Shown here: positions 11,344 to 20,285 of the stretch, one piece after another
Numbering within the stretch: position 1 is the stretch's first letter
Layout: each line of letters opens with the position of its first letter
Assembly: GCA_963663965.2 (NCBI GenBank)
Contig: CAXXFK010000029.1
Span: 224,001 to 288,000, forward strand
Length of the DNA stretch: 64,000 nucleotides
Origin: Sedimentisphaerales bacterium
Lineage (GTDB): Bacteria; Planctomycetota; Phycisphaerae; Sedimentisphaerales; SM23-30
Reading direction: 5' to 3'
Position numbers and translations under genes: made by a program
The notes under the pieces: generated by a model
What the model was told of the DNA's origin: nothing
The model's input: the letters and a program-made list of their open reading frames with translations, nothing else
Database searches by the model: none

Positions 11344-11811
11344 ATTGACCACCAGACATTATGTATCAAAATATCAGAGTATTGGATATTAATGTAAAAA
11401 AAATTAGACATGATTTGATTTTGAATGGATTTAACGGGTATTAGGGGGTGTTAAAAAAAACAAGATATTCAAAGGAAAAATCATAAAAATGGGTAAAAGT
11501 TTGAAATTTGAGGTATTATTCATTAAACTTCCGATAAGTTAAAGTGCCTGATTGTTGTGAATCGAATCAAAAAATAAATTAACGCTAAAATAATAGACCC
11601 ATATTCAGTGTTAATGTTGATGTTAAATCCAATGGATATGAAAATTCCTGATTGCTCGCAAGATAAGTTTTTACCCAAGTATTACATATATCACAACCCA
11701 GCAGGCATTTTCAATTGTAATCAGTATATATCCATTCGTTGCTGACAAGTATGGATGACTGAAAAAATCTGCCAGTTTAAAAAACTATTGAAATAAGGTT
11801 AAATAACCCTC

Positions 11812-12945
11812 ATGTATCATCGAATCAATACTCTTGTATTTGTTTTCATATTATTTCTTTTCTGGGATCATAGTCTCATTGCTTCTGATGATATGGTGAC
11901 TAAGTCTGAAGGCAAGGAGACGGTTCTGGATCCGAATTTTATTTATAGCGGAGTCGTTGTTCGCGTTAACGATGATGCCGTGACTTCTGCAGAGGTGCTG
12001 AAGTTATTAAGAAAGCAATTGAGTGAAATCGCAGGAGATATTAAGCGCGATAAAGAGGGGCATTTGAATCTGGAGGATTTTGTTCCCAAAGCGTTGGGAT
12101 TGGTGCAAAATGAAACCATGGCACATATTTATAATTTGCTAATTTATCAATTTGCCCGAAAAGATCTGGATAAGGTTGAAGGGATCGATAAGGCGATCGA
12201 AAAAATGCGCGAGGAGAAGCGTAAAGAAATTATTCTGCAATACGGAGGCAGTGAAACCAAGGCGCGCAAGGAATTGGCGTTGCGTGGAAGCACCATTGAG
12301 AAAGAACTGGAAAGTACGGAAAAGGAAATGGTGATCAGCGGTTATCGCGATAAACATTTCACCCCGACACTTAAGGTGACTCGCAGCCAGTTGCTGCAAT
12401 ATTACCGGTTACATTTAAAAGATAAGTTTACACAGGAAGCCACGATTGAATTTGAATTAATTGATATCTGGAAAAGCAAGAATAAGGAAGCAACGAAGGT
12501 GGCAGAGCGTGCGATGGCTGAATTGGAGGAGGGAACTGAGTTTGCCGAGGTGGCCAAAAAATACTCCAATGGTTATTACCGCGATAATGGCGGCCGATGG
12601 CGGCCCATGCATCCGGATTCGGTGCGAGATATTTATAAGCCCGTCGTTGAAGCATTAAAACAAACCGAACAGGGAGCGTTAACCGGCATTATCGAAACGG
12701 ATACTTCAGTATTTATTGGGCGGTTGATCGCTTACACCCCGGCGTCAGTCGCCCCGTTTTCTGAAGTGCAGAATGATATCTTTCTGGCCATCCGTGATCA
12801 GCGGTGGGATACCTACAGCGAAAATCTGGGAAATCGATTGTTGGCCGAAGCTGTTTTAGGGGATATTGATGGATTTATTAAAGCGACAGTATTGCTTGCA
12901 TTTGATGAATATGATCGTCATCTGCTGGCCGCAAAGGAGAATTAA
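11812..12945 (+). CDS. SurA/PpiC-type peptidyl-prolyl isomerase chaperone, exported
   Basis: Signal peptide, VVVRVNDDAVT SurA-N start, FAEVAKKYS..NGG parvulin motif, APFSEVQ. Confidence 0.8.
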   Translation: MYHRINTLVFVFILFLFWDHSLIASDDMVTKSEGKETVLDPNFIYSGVVVRVNDDAVTSAEVLKLLRKQLSEIAGDIKRDKEGHLNLEDFVPKALGLVQNETMAHIYNLLIYQFARKDLDKVEGIDKAIEKMREEKRKEIILQYGGSETKARKELALRGSTIEKELESTEKEMVISGYRDKHFTPTLKVTRSQLLQYYRLHLKDKFTQEATIEFELIDIWKSKNKEATKVAERAMAELEEGTEFAEVAKKYSNGYYRDNGGRWRPMHPDSVRDIYKPVVEALKQTEQGALTGIIETDTSVFIGRLIAYTPASVAPFSEVQNDIFLAIRDQRWDTYSENLGNRLLAEAVLGDIDGFIKATVLLAFDEYDRHLLAAKEN

Positions 12946-13476
12946 ATGCAGCATAATAATCTCTGGGCGCCCTGGAGAATTGAATACTTGCGCGACTTGG
13001 AGAATAGTGAGCGCGATAAAGACAGGCCTGAGCCGGATTGTTTCATCTGTGCCTACCTGAAGGATGCCCCCGCGAAAGACCGGGAAAACCTGGTTTTATG
13101 GCGACGGCCTGGCATGGTTGTTTTAATGAATCGATTTCCTTATACTGGCGGGCATTTACTGATTGCTCCTGATAAGCATGTTGCGGAATTAAGTGACCTT
13201 AATGAGCCATCATTATTAAGTTTTATGACGCTTAGCCGCGATTGTCAAACGATACTTGGGGAGGTATTAAGGCCACATGGATTCAATGTCGGGATCAATT
13301 TTGGCCGATGCAGCGGAGCTGGATTGCCCGGGCATGTTCATTTGCATATTGTACCACGCTGGAATGGCGACACGAATTTCATGAGTGTTTCAGGTAATTC
13401 TCGGGTCATCAGTCAATCCCTGGATGAACTTTATGATGAGTTGATGGCTGCCGGACTAGCTCTCAATCTGCCGTGA
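12946..13476 (+). CDS. HIT family hydrolase (Ap4A phosphorylase-like)
   Basis: LWAPWR..Y, CFIC, NRFPYTGGHLLI, GFNVGIN, HVHLHIVPRW; ATG immediately follows upstream TAA. Confidence 0.92.
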   Translation: MQHNNLWAPWRIEYLRDLENSERDKDRPEPDCFICAYLKDAPAKDRENLVLWRRPGMVVLMNRFPYTGGHLLIAPDKHVAELSDLNEPSLLSFMTLSRDCQTILGEVLRPHGFNVGINFGRCSGAGLPGHVHLHIVPRWNGDTNFMSVSGNSRVISQSLDELYDELMAAGLALNLP

Positions 13477-13599
13477 ATGATCAGAGATAAAACCTCTGGA
13501 AGTGGGATTGATGGGTATACTCGCATAGGTTATTGAAAATCAATAGATTAGGTTCGGGTTGGGATTCGGATACGGAATAAAACTATTTGAATTTCGTGG

Positions 13600-13627
13600 T
13601 AGACAAGCTTATCGAGAATGGTAAAAT
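13600..13627 (+). promoter_or_regulatory. Putative sigma70 promoter of the ClC gene
   Basis: TAGACA-N16-TAAAAT with TG extended -10. Confidence 0.45.
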
Positions 13628-13716
13628 AACTTTTTGTCTGTTATTTGGTGAGTATTAACCGCTCAAAGTCTAGTTTTATCTTTTGCGATTCTAATTAAAA
13701 AAGTGAATATTTTACC

Positions 13717-15528
13717 ATGAATGAAGGTCAATCGACTCGTTTTGGCATTATCCCCATTCTGAAACAATTATTCGGCCGGGAAGAATCTTATCTGGTATCT
13801 GTTGCCGTATTTATCGGTGTGGCTACCGGGCTTGGCTCAGTTGGTTTTACCCGGTTGATCGAATGGGTTCATGATATCTGTTATGGAACAGAATCGCATG
13901 GCGGGTTATACAGCGGGCGATGGATACTTTTATTTATATTGCCGATGGCAGGGGCTTTACTGGTAGGAGCGATCACATTTTTCTTCGCCCGCGAGGCCAA
14001 AGGACATGGTGTCCCCGAAGTAATGGATGCCATTGCGCGCCGGGAAGGGAAAATCCGGTTGCGAGTGGCCATAGCCAAAGCGATTTCATCGGCATTAACC
14101 ATTGGCACCGGCGGTTCTGCCGGAACGGAAGGCCCCATCATTCAGATTGGCGCGGCGATTGGCTCGTTCAGCGGGCAGATTTTAAAAGTCAGTCGATACA
14201 ATATTCCTGTCATGGTGGGGTGTGGCGCCGCGGCTGGAATTTCGGCAATCTTTCATGCCCCGATTGCCGGGGTTTTATTTGCCATGGAGGTGTTTTTAAG
14301 GGAAATTAACTTAAAAAGCTTTTCACCTGTTCTGATCGCCTCAGTAATCAGTTCCGTAACCGTCAGCGCCATTATGGGGACTCATGAGGCGATATTCCCG
14401 TTGCTGCATATGAGTTCGGTCCATTTCAAGTGGTTGGAACTTGGTAATTATGTGGTGTTGGGTCTTGCCTGTGCTGCCATGGGAGTTTTATTTATCCGGG
14501 TATTATATGCGACAGAGGATTTGTTTGATCAAATCAAGATTCACCACATACTGAAGCCGGTTGTTGGCGCGTCAGGTCTGGGGCTGCTTGGTTTGGTCAT
14601 GGTATTCTGGCTGGGAGATTCGACCACCCATCAACCTTCCATTTATGGAAATGGCTACCCAGTGATCGGACATTGTATTGATGCGATGACCCATATTTCG
14701 CATGAATTACCGATGACTATCGGGATGATGCTGTTGCTGGTTATCTTGAAAATGGCATCCACCTGTTGCACGCTGGGTTCCGGTGGATCAGGCGGCGTGT
14801 TTGCACCATCACTTTTTATTGGCGCAGTTTTAGGTTATGCGCTAGGATTGATATTCCAGAGATTGGAAGTGTTTATTAATGTCAATCCATCGGTCTATGC
14901 CCTGGTGGGCATGGCTTCGGTGGTGGCGGCGACGACGCACGCTCCCATGGCGGCGATCGTGATATTATTCGAAATGACCCGTTCCTATCAGATTGTCATG
15001 CCGGCGATGTTTTCCGCGACAATTGCAGTGGTTGTGGCGCGTTGGATGTGCCGGGATTCCATCTATACCCTGAAATTACGTCGTCGCGGAGTGCATTACG
15101 AAACTATTGCGGATGCGGCGATTTTACGCCGTTTAACCGTACGTATGGTTATGAAGATGCATTATATTACCGTTCATGAGAATGAACCCTTGCGGGAAGT
15201 TATCAATAAAGCCATTGGTCAGGAACTGGCTGATTTCATCGTTGTGGATGAAGAAGGCCATTATAAAGGCATGGTATCGGCAGAAGACATGCGCGAGGCT
15301 CTTATGCAGCCTGAGAGTATACCGCTACTGGTAGCGGCCGATTTGATGCGCGAAAATATTCCGGCCGTCATCCCGGATGATTCCCTGGATAAAATTATGG
15401 CGATTTTGACTGAAAATCATGTCGATTCTTTACCCGTAATAAATCCCCGGAATGACAGGGAATTTATCGGTATGATCACCCGATCATCGCTGATGGACCG
15501 GTATCATGAGATATTAACAGGGCATTGA
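13717..15528 (+). CDS. ClC chloride channel/H+ antiporter with C-terminal CBS pair
   Basis: GHGVPE, GSAGTEGP, GGSGGVFAP signatures; two CBS domains at the C-terminus. Confidence 0.92.
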   Translation: MNEGQSTRFGIIPILKQLFGREESYLVSVAVFIGVATGLGSVGFTRLIEWVHDICYGTESHGGLYSGRWILLFILPMAGALLVGAITFFFAREAKGHGVPEVMDAIARREGKIRLRVAIAKAISSALTIGTGGSAGTEGPIIQIGAAIGSFSGQILKVSRYNIPVMVGCGAAAGISAIFHAPIAGVLFAMEVFLREINLKSFSPVLIASVISSVTVSAIMGTHEAIFPLLHMSSVHFKWLELGNYVVLGLACAAMGVLFIRVLYATEDLFDQIKIHHILKPVVGASGLGLLGLVMVFWLGDSTTHQPSIYGNGYPVIGHCIDAMTHISHELPMTIGMMLLLVILKMASTCCTLGSGGSGGVFAPSLFIGAVLGYALGLIFQRLEVFINVNPSVYALVGMASVVAATTHAPMAAIVILFEMTRSYQIVMPAMFSATIAVVVARWMCRDSIYTLKLRRRGVHYETIADAAILRRLTVRMVMKMHYITVHENEPLREVINKAIGQELADFIVVDEEGHYKGMVSAEDMREALMQPESIPLLVAADLMRENIPAVIPDDSLDKIMAILTENHVDSLPVINPRNDREFIGMITRSSLMDRYHEILTGH

Positions 15529-15555
15529 GGTCAATTCAGCATATTAAACTGGGAT

Positions 15556-16932
15556 TCAGTTTACAGTACGATATTTTTTTAGGAAGTATCGGTATTGATG
15601 GTAAGAAAGGCCCAGCAGGCGGGCGGCGCGGGCCTGGTTATTCTGGGTTGCGGAAAGGGCGTCGAGGATCAGGTGTTTTTTGTAGGTTTCGATTTTGTCG
15701 TAGAAACCCGTTAATTCGAAATCTGGTAGCGCCGGGTTGGGCATACCCAGATCCTCAGGGGTAATTTCGTTCGTTGTGTCTCGATAGGCGGCCCGTTCAA
15801 TAATGTTTTTCAACTCACGGATATTACCGGGAAAATGATAACGTTTCAGTACCGACAAGGCCGCCGGGCTGAGGTGTTTGCCGCCGAGTGAAGGGATTTC
15901 CTGCATAAACATATTTAAAAAGTATCTTGCCAGACGTTCGATATCGCCCTCACGATTCCGTAAAGGAGGAATATTGATTTCTTCGAAAGCCAGTCGGTCA
16001 TACAGATCATTGAGAAAGCTGCCTTGCTGCATTTTCTTTTTCAGGTCAACATTGGTAGCGGCAATAATTCGAGAACTGACTTTAATCTCATTGGTACCCC
16101 CGACTCGGGTAAAGGTACCGTATTCAACTACGCGCAGGATCTTCTGCTGGAAAGGGAGAGACATATTGCCGATCTCATCGAGGAAAAGCGTCCCTCCTGA
16201 GGCCAGTTCGAATTTACCATGTACTCTGCTGTCGGCGCCAGTATAGGCGCCTTTTTCATGACCAAATAACTCAGATTCAAGCAATGTATCAGTAAAAGCC
16301 GCACAGTTTACCACAATCATGGGGCGGTCGGAATCACCTGCGGCAGTATGGATGGCGCGAGCAACTAATTCTTTACCTGTTCCCCGTTCACCGGTGATCA
16401 GTACTGGACGGGGAATCGTGGCAATCCGGTCGATTCGATTAAGCACTTCGAGTATCTGAGGCGATTCTCCGACAATCTGATAACGTTGCCGGGCAGCCTG
16501 TTGCAATAACATGTTTTGTTCACGTAAAACCCGATTTCGATCCATTAAATTCAAATGGGGCTGGACTTTATAAAGCAGCGTTTTTACGCGGTCTGCCAAC
16601 CGTCCGGTTCGAACCAGAAAGTCATTTCCGCCGGCTTGGATAGCAAGCGCGGCAAGTTCGACATCTCCTTTTTCAGCAGCAACAACGACCGGCAGTTCCG
16701 GTCGGGTGGATCTGATCTTGGGTAATAAATCAATTCCCCTGACAGTACCATCTCCCAGTTCATAGTCTAAAACAATCAGATCCCACATTAAGCCGGACTG
16801 CAGGCGAGTTAGCAATTTGGCGCCGGAAAAGACTCTTTCAATCTGACACTGGCCGGCAGTTACCTTTTCAAACGTTTCGGCCAATTCTTCCAGGTCGTGA
16901 GAGGGTGTATCAAGGATTAAAAATTGTTTCAT
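15556..16932 (-). CDS. Sigma54-dependent enhancer-binding protein: atypical REC + PspF-like AAA+ + Fis-type HTH
   Basis: GERGTGKE, ESELFGHEKGAYTGA, TLFLDE, RVVEYG, DRLAFE, PGNIRELKN, NQARAARLLGLSYHQ; ATG 16932 preferred over TTG 16953. Confidence 0.9.
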   Translation of the reverse strand: MKQFLILDTPSHDLEELAETFEKVTAGQCQIERVFSGAKLLTRLQSGLMWDLIVLDYELGDGTVRGIDLLPKIRSTRPELPVVVAAEKGDVELAALAIQAGGNDFLVRTGRLADRVKTLLYKVQPHLNLMDRNRVLREQNMLLQQAARQRYQIVGESPQILEVLNRIDRIATIPRPVLITGERGTGKELVARAIHTAAGDSDRPMIVVNCAAFTDTLLESELFGHEKGAYTGADSRVHGKFELASGGTLFLDEIGNMSLPFQQKILRVVEYGTFTRVGGTNEIKVSSRIIAATNVDLKKKMQQGSFLNDLYDRLAFEEINIPPLRNREGDIERLARYFLNMFMQEIPSLGGKHLSPAALSVLKRYHFPGNIRELKNIIERAAYRDTTNEITPEDLGMPNPALPDFELTGFYDKIETYKKHLILDALSATQNNQARAARLLGLSYHQYRYFLKKYRTVN

Positions 16933-16974
16933 GATTTGATTATAGATAAACAACGATTAAATTAAAGTGAAATA

Positions 16975-16989
16975 TAGTGATAATCATTA
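16975..16989. promoter_or_regulatory. Candidate upstream activator sequence (near-palindrome)
   Basis: TAGTGAT-A-ATCATTA (one mismatch from a perfect dyad), about 100 bp upstream of a sigma54 promoter. Confidence 0.45.
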
Positions 16990-17085
16990 GGCATGTGGTG
17001 AAAAGTGTTACTTTTAATTAAGGTTCAATTAGGTATGAAATTTGTAACTGTTTTTAAAATAATGTGATATAAAAATCTGCGTCTA

Positions 17086-17102
17086 TTGGCATCCAATATG
17101 CT
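17086..17102 (+). promoter_or_regulatory. Sigma54 (-24/-12) promoter of the flotillin gene
   Basis: TTGGCATCCAATATGCT = GG-N10-GC, 45 nt before an ATG with AGGAG RBS; divergent from a sigma54 activator gene. Confidence 0.8.
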
Positions 17103-17147
17103 ATATCTCTTTGCAAGTATTTTAAACTTTATTTTAGGAGATATATC

Positions 17148-19313
17148 ATGTTCTTTGAATCGATTGAAAACTGGATGTGGATCAGTGCCGGTGTGATTTT
17201 TTTGATATTCAGTCCGTGGTTATTAGGTGTGAGGTATATTCCGCATAATAAAGTGGGGGTAGTAGAAAAATTATGGTCGTTTTCTGGATCTTTAAGAGAG
17301 GGGCGAATTCTCAGTCTGGCCGGACAGGCTGGTTATCAGGCGGAAATATTACGTGGTGGACTGCACTATATGCTGTTTCCGTGGCAGTATCGTATTCACA
17401 AGGAACCGCTGGTTCAGATACCGGAAGGCAGAATTGGTTATGTTTATGCCAGAGATGGCGGGCCATTACCGCCTACACAAACACTTGGTGTGACAATCGA
17501 CTGTAATCATTTTCAGGATGCCCGAGCCTTTTTATGCAATGGCGGCCAGCGCGGCCGGCAACGAGCGTTTCTTCGTGAAGGCGTTTATGCTTTGAATCTG
17601 GCCCTGTTTGTAGTGATCAGTGAAACCGAAGTTTATAACGGGCCGGGGAATAAAAAAGATCACGCTCAATTTGTTAACTGGCAATCACAATTGAATGCGA
17701 TGGATGGATTTACTCCAATTATTATTGGTCAGGTGCAGGATAACGATGATATTGGCATCGTGGTTGTTCATGATGGGCCGACAATTGAATCTGGTGAGAT
17801 CATCGCTCCAGAGGTGGCCTCATCTGACGAACAGGAAAATCATAATTATTTTCAGGACCCGGAACGGTTTTTGGAGCTGGGAGGACGGCGTGGTAAGCAA
17901 TTGCAGGTGTTGACCGATGGGACCTATTTCATTAACCGTTGGTTTGCCACAGTTGAAATCCGACCCAAGACATTGATCCCGATTGGGTATGTAGGCGTCG
18001 TTGTATCCTACCATGGCATAACCGGCCAGGATTTAACCGGATCCAATTTTCGTTACGGTGAACAGGTTGATCCCGGGCATCGAGGGGTATGGAAAAGGGC
18101 ATTGCCTCCCGGTAAGTATCCGCTAAATCCATACGCACTCAAAGTGGAATTGGTGCCAACGGTCAATTTTGTCCTGCGCTGGGTTACCGGCATGATGGAG
18201 CAGCATGAGTATGATAAAGATTTGAAAAGCATCGAATTGATTACTGCCGATGGTTATGAGCCGATGCTGCCCCTTTCCCTTGTGCTGCATATTGATTACG
18301 AAAAAGCACCGCGAGTTGTCCAGCGATTTGGCGATGTCAAACGATTGATCAGCCAAACTCTGGATCCCATTATTTCAGCCTATTTTCGTGATGTGGCACA
18401 GTCGACCCAGATGCTCGATTTTCTGACGCATCGTGAAGAAATCCAGCAACGGGCGACGGCAGAATTGAGTCGGCGCTTTCAGAACTATGATATTAATTGT
18501 ATTGCGGTCATGATAGGGCGTCCGGAAACGAAGAATCGTAATATGGCCGGTATTGATCCCATTGATGAATTGTTCGATCAATTAAGACAGCGGCGATTGG
18601 CTCATGAACAGATTCAGACCTACAATCAACAGGAAGAGGCCGCTATGAAGTTAAAAGAATTGAACAATGCCAGGGCGACCGCAGAGAAACAGCGCGAGCT
18701 GACCCAGACCCGAATTAATATTGATATTGCAGGGAACAGAGGTGAAGCTGAGTTAGCAGAAGCCCACCGGCTGGCCAAACGGGATATTGCCCGTGCCGCC
18801 GGTGAGGCTCGCGCCAAAGAACTACTGGGTAAAGGAGAGGCCGCCAGAGTCGGAAAGATTGGTCTGGCCGAGGCCGCCGTATCATTACAGAAAGTCAGGG
18901 CGTTAGGGGATCCCCGGTTATTTGCTTTGAATCTTGTCAGCGAAAAACTGTCTCAAAGCGCTCAACCTTTGGTGCCTGAACGTTTGTTAATGATGGGAGG
19001 TGGTACGGATGGTGGTAGTGATAGTAATGGCGCAATGGGACTATTCGGCAAAGTATTGACACTGTTACTTGCTGAACGGGGCGGAATGGAATTTATGAAG
19101 GATACCGATAATCCAGTGATTCAAGAATTAGATGATTATATTCAACATGAGAATGTCCAAGCAACGTCTGTTGAAGGAATATCAGAAAAAAGTCTGGGTC
19201 TTGATGAAGAAACGGGGCAGGGGTTGCAAAGCGAAGATTGTGCGGATGACGTTGAGGGTGAAACGCCCTCAGCGACTAAGGTTATAACTTCTGAACAACC
19301 CAATAGCGACTGA
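17148..19313 (+). CDS. SPFH/flotillin family protein (YqiK-like, long form)
   Basis: N-terminal TM, repeated GRQ/GKQ..L..G.Y units, SPFH domain (LISQTLDPIISAYFRD), Ala/Glu-rich coiled coil, acidic tail. Confidence 0.88.
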   Translation: MFFESIENWMWISAGVIFLIFSPWLLGVRYIPHNKVGVVEKLWSFSGSLREGRILSLAGQAGYQAEILRGGLHYMLFPWQYRIHKEPLVQIPEGRIGYVYARDGGPLPPTQTLGVTIDCNHFQDARAFLCNGGQRGRQRAFLREGVYALNLALFVVISETEVYNGPGNKKDHAQFVNWQSQLNAMDGFTPIIIGQVQDNDDIGIVVVHDGPTIESGEIIAPEVASSDEQENHNYFQDPERFLELGGRRGKQLQVLTDGTYFINRWFATVEIRPKTLIPIGYVGVVVSYHGITGQDLTGSNFRYGEQVDPGHRGVWKRALPPGKYPLNPYALKVELVPTVNFVLRWVTGMMEQHEYDKDLKSIELITADGYEPMLPLSLVLHIDYEKAPRVVQRFGDVKRLISQTLDPIISAYFRDVAQSTQMLDFLTHREEIQQRATAELSRRFQNYDINCIAVMIGRPETKNRNMAGIDPIDELFDQLRQRRLAHEQIQTYNQQEEAAMKLKELNNARATAEKQRELTQTRINIDIAGNRGEAELAEAHRLAKRDIARAAGEARAKELLGKGEAARVGKIGLAEAAVSLQKVRALGDPRLFALNLVSEKLSQSAQPLVPERLLMMGGGTDGGSDSNGAMGLFGKVLTLLLAERGGMEFMKDTDNPVIQELDDYIQHENVQATSVEGISEKSLGLDEETGQGLQSEDCADDVEGETPSATKVITSEQPNSD

Positions 19314-19342
19314 TTTTAACCGGTTAATCATTTGATTGTAAA

Positions 19343-20233
19343 TTATGGAATTAATTTTCGTGTCCGCATCCATGTTTCACAAGCCTGGGGCCAGAGGCAG
19401 GTGCCGGGCGCTTTATCGGCGCGACCCAAACCGTAGCCGTGCCCACCGTTCTGGAAAATGTGCATTTCAGCAGGAATATTATTTTCGACCAGGCCTTGGT
19501 AAAATAGCAGGCTGTTCTGAACGAGAACTACTTTATCATCCGTGGAATGGAACAGGAATGTCGGCGGTGTTTTCGGGGTGATTTGCTTTTCATTTGACAT
19601 CAGTTGGACCAGCTCCGGTTTGGGTTCGGGTCCAAGCAGATTTCGTCTGGAACCGCCATGGGTGATACCATTTTCCATAGAAATCACCGGGTAGCCAAGG
19701 ATCATGTAATCCGGGCGGCTGGAGATTTTGGCGGCCGGATCGTCAGGGGCGATCATCTGGGGTTCAAAATGGGTGCCAACTGAACTGGCTAGATGCCCTC
19801 CCGCAGAAAAACCAATAATGCCAATTTGCTCCGTCTTAATGTGATATTTTTCGGCATTAGAGCGAATGTAACGCATGGCCGCCTGGGCATCGGCCAGAGG
19901 AATGGGGTGATGATACCCTTTGGTGGCATGACGGTAATCCAGAACCCAGGCGCTGACTCCCAGGCTGTTCATCCAGCGGGCGATCTGGTAACCTTCATGA
20001 TCAATAGCCACGTGGCCATAGCCACCGCCGGGGCATATTAACAATGCCGTGCCACACGCTTTATCTTCCGGTAAGGCAAATTCTGTCAGAGTAGGGATGT
20101 CTTTTGCTTCGGTTCCAAGCGCACCTGGAGCGCCATCCGGCCACAATGGGAATGTTTTCATCTCTTCGGCAAAAATCATATTGAATCCGCTTAACATGGA
20201 GAGAATTAAGATGCAATAAAAAAAGTTTCGCAT
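19343..20233 (-). CDS. Secreted alpha/beta hydrolase (carbohydrate esterase-like)
   Basis: Signal peptide, ICPGGGY, GFSAGGHL nucleophile elbow, DDKVV, GGHGYG. Confidence 0.88.
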   Translation of the reverse strand: MRNFFYCILILSMLSGFNMIFAEEMKTFPLWPDGAPGALGTEAKDIPTLTEFALPEDKACGTALLICPGGGYGHVAIDHEGYQIARWMNSLGVSAWVLDYRHATKGYHHPIPLADAQAAMRYIRSNAEKYHIKTEQIGIIGFSAGGHLASSVGTHFEPQMIAPDDPAAKISSRPDYMILGYPVISMENGITHGGSRRNLLGPEPKPELVQLMSNEKQITPKTPPTFLFHSTDDKVVLVQNSLLFYQGLVENNIPAEMHIFQNGGHGYGLGRADKAPGTCLWPQACETWMRTRKLIP

Positions 20234-20285
20234 GGCAGTTTCCTTTTACGAAAAAATTCACATAGACTCGGAGTTCCAATTACGT

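Noticed and set aside
11159..11811. Lysine or c-di-AMP riboswitch, or small ORFs (11171-11411), upstream of ablA
   Set aside because: No recognisable aptamer cores; the ORFs are low-complexity AT-rich translations overlapping the predicted promoter
13480..13716. Possible fluoride riboswitch ahead of the ClC gene
   Set aside because: No GGCGATGG..TCGCC core, and the ClC has GHGVP/GTEGP rather than the fluoride-type GNNLI/GREGT motifs
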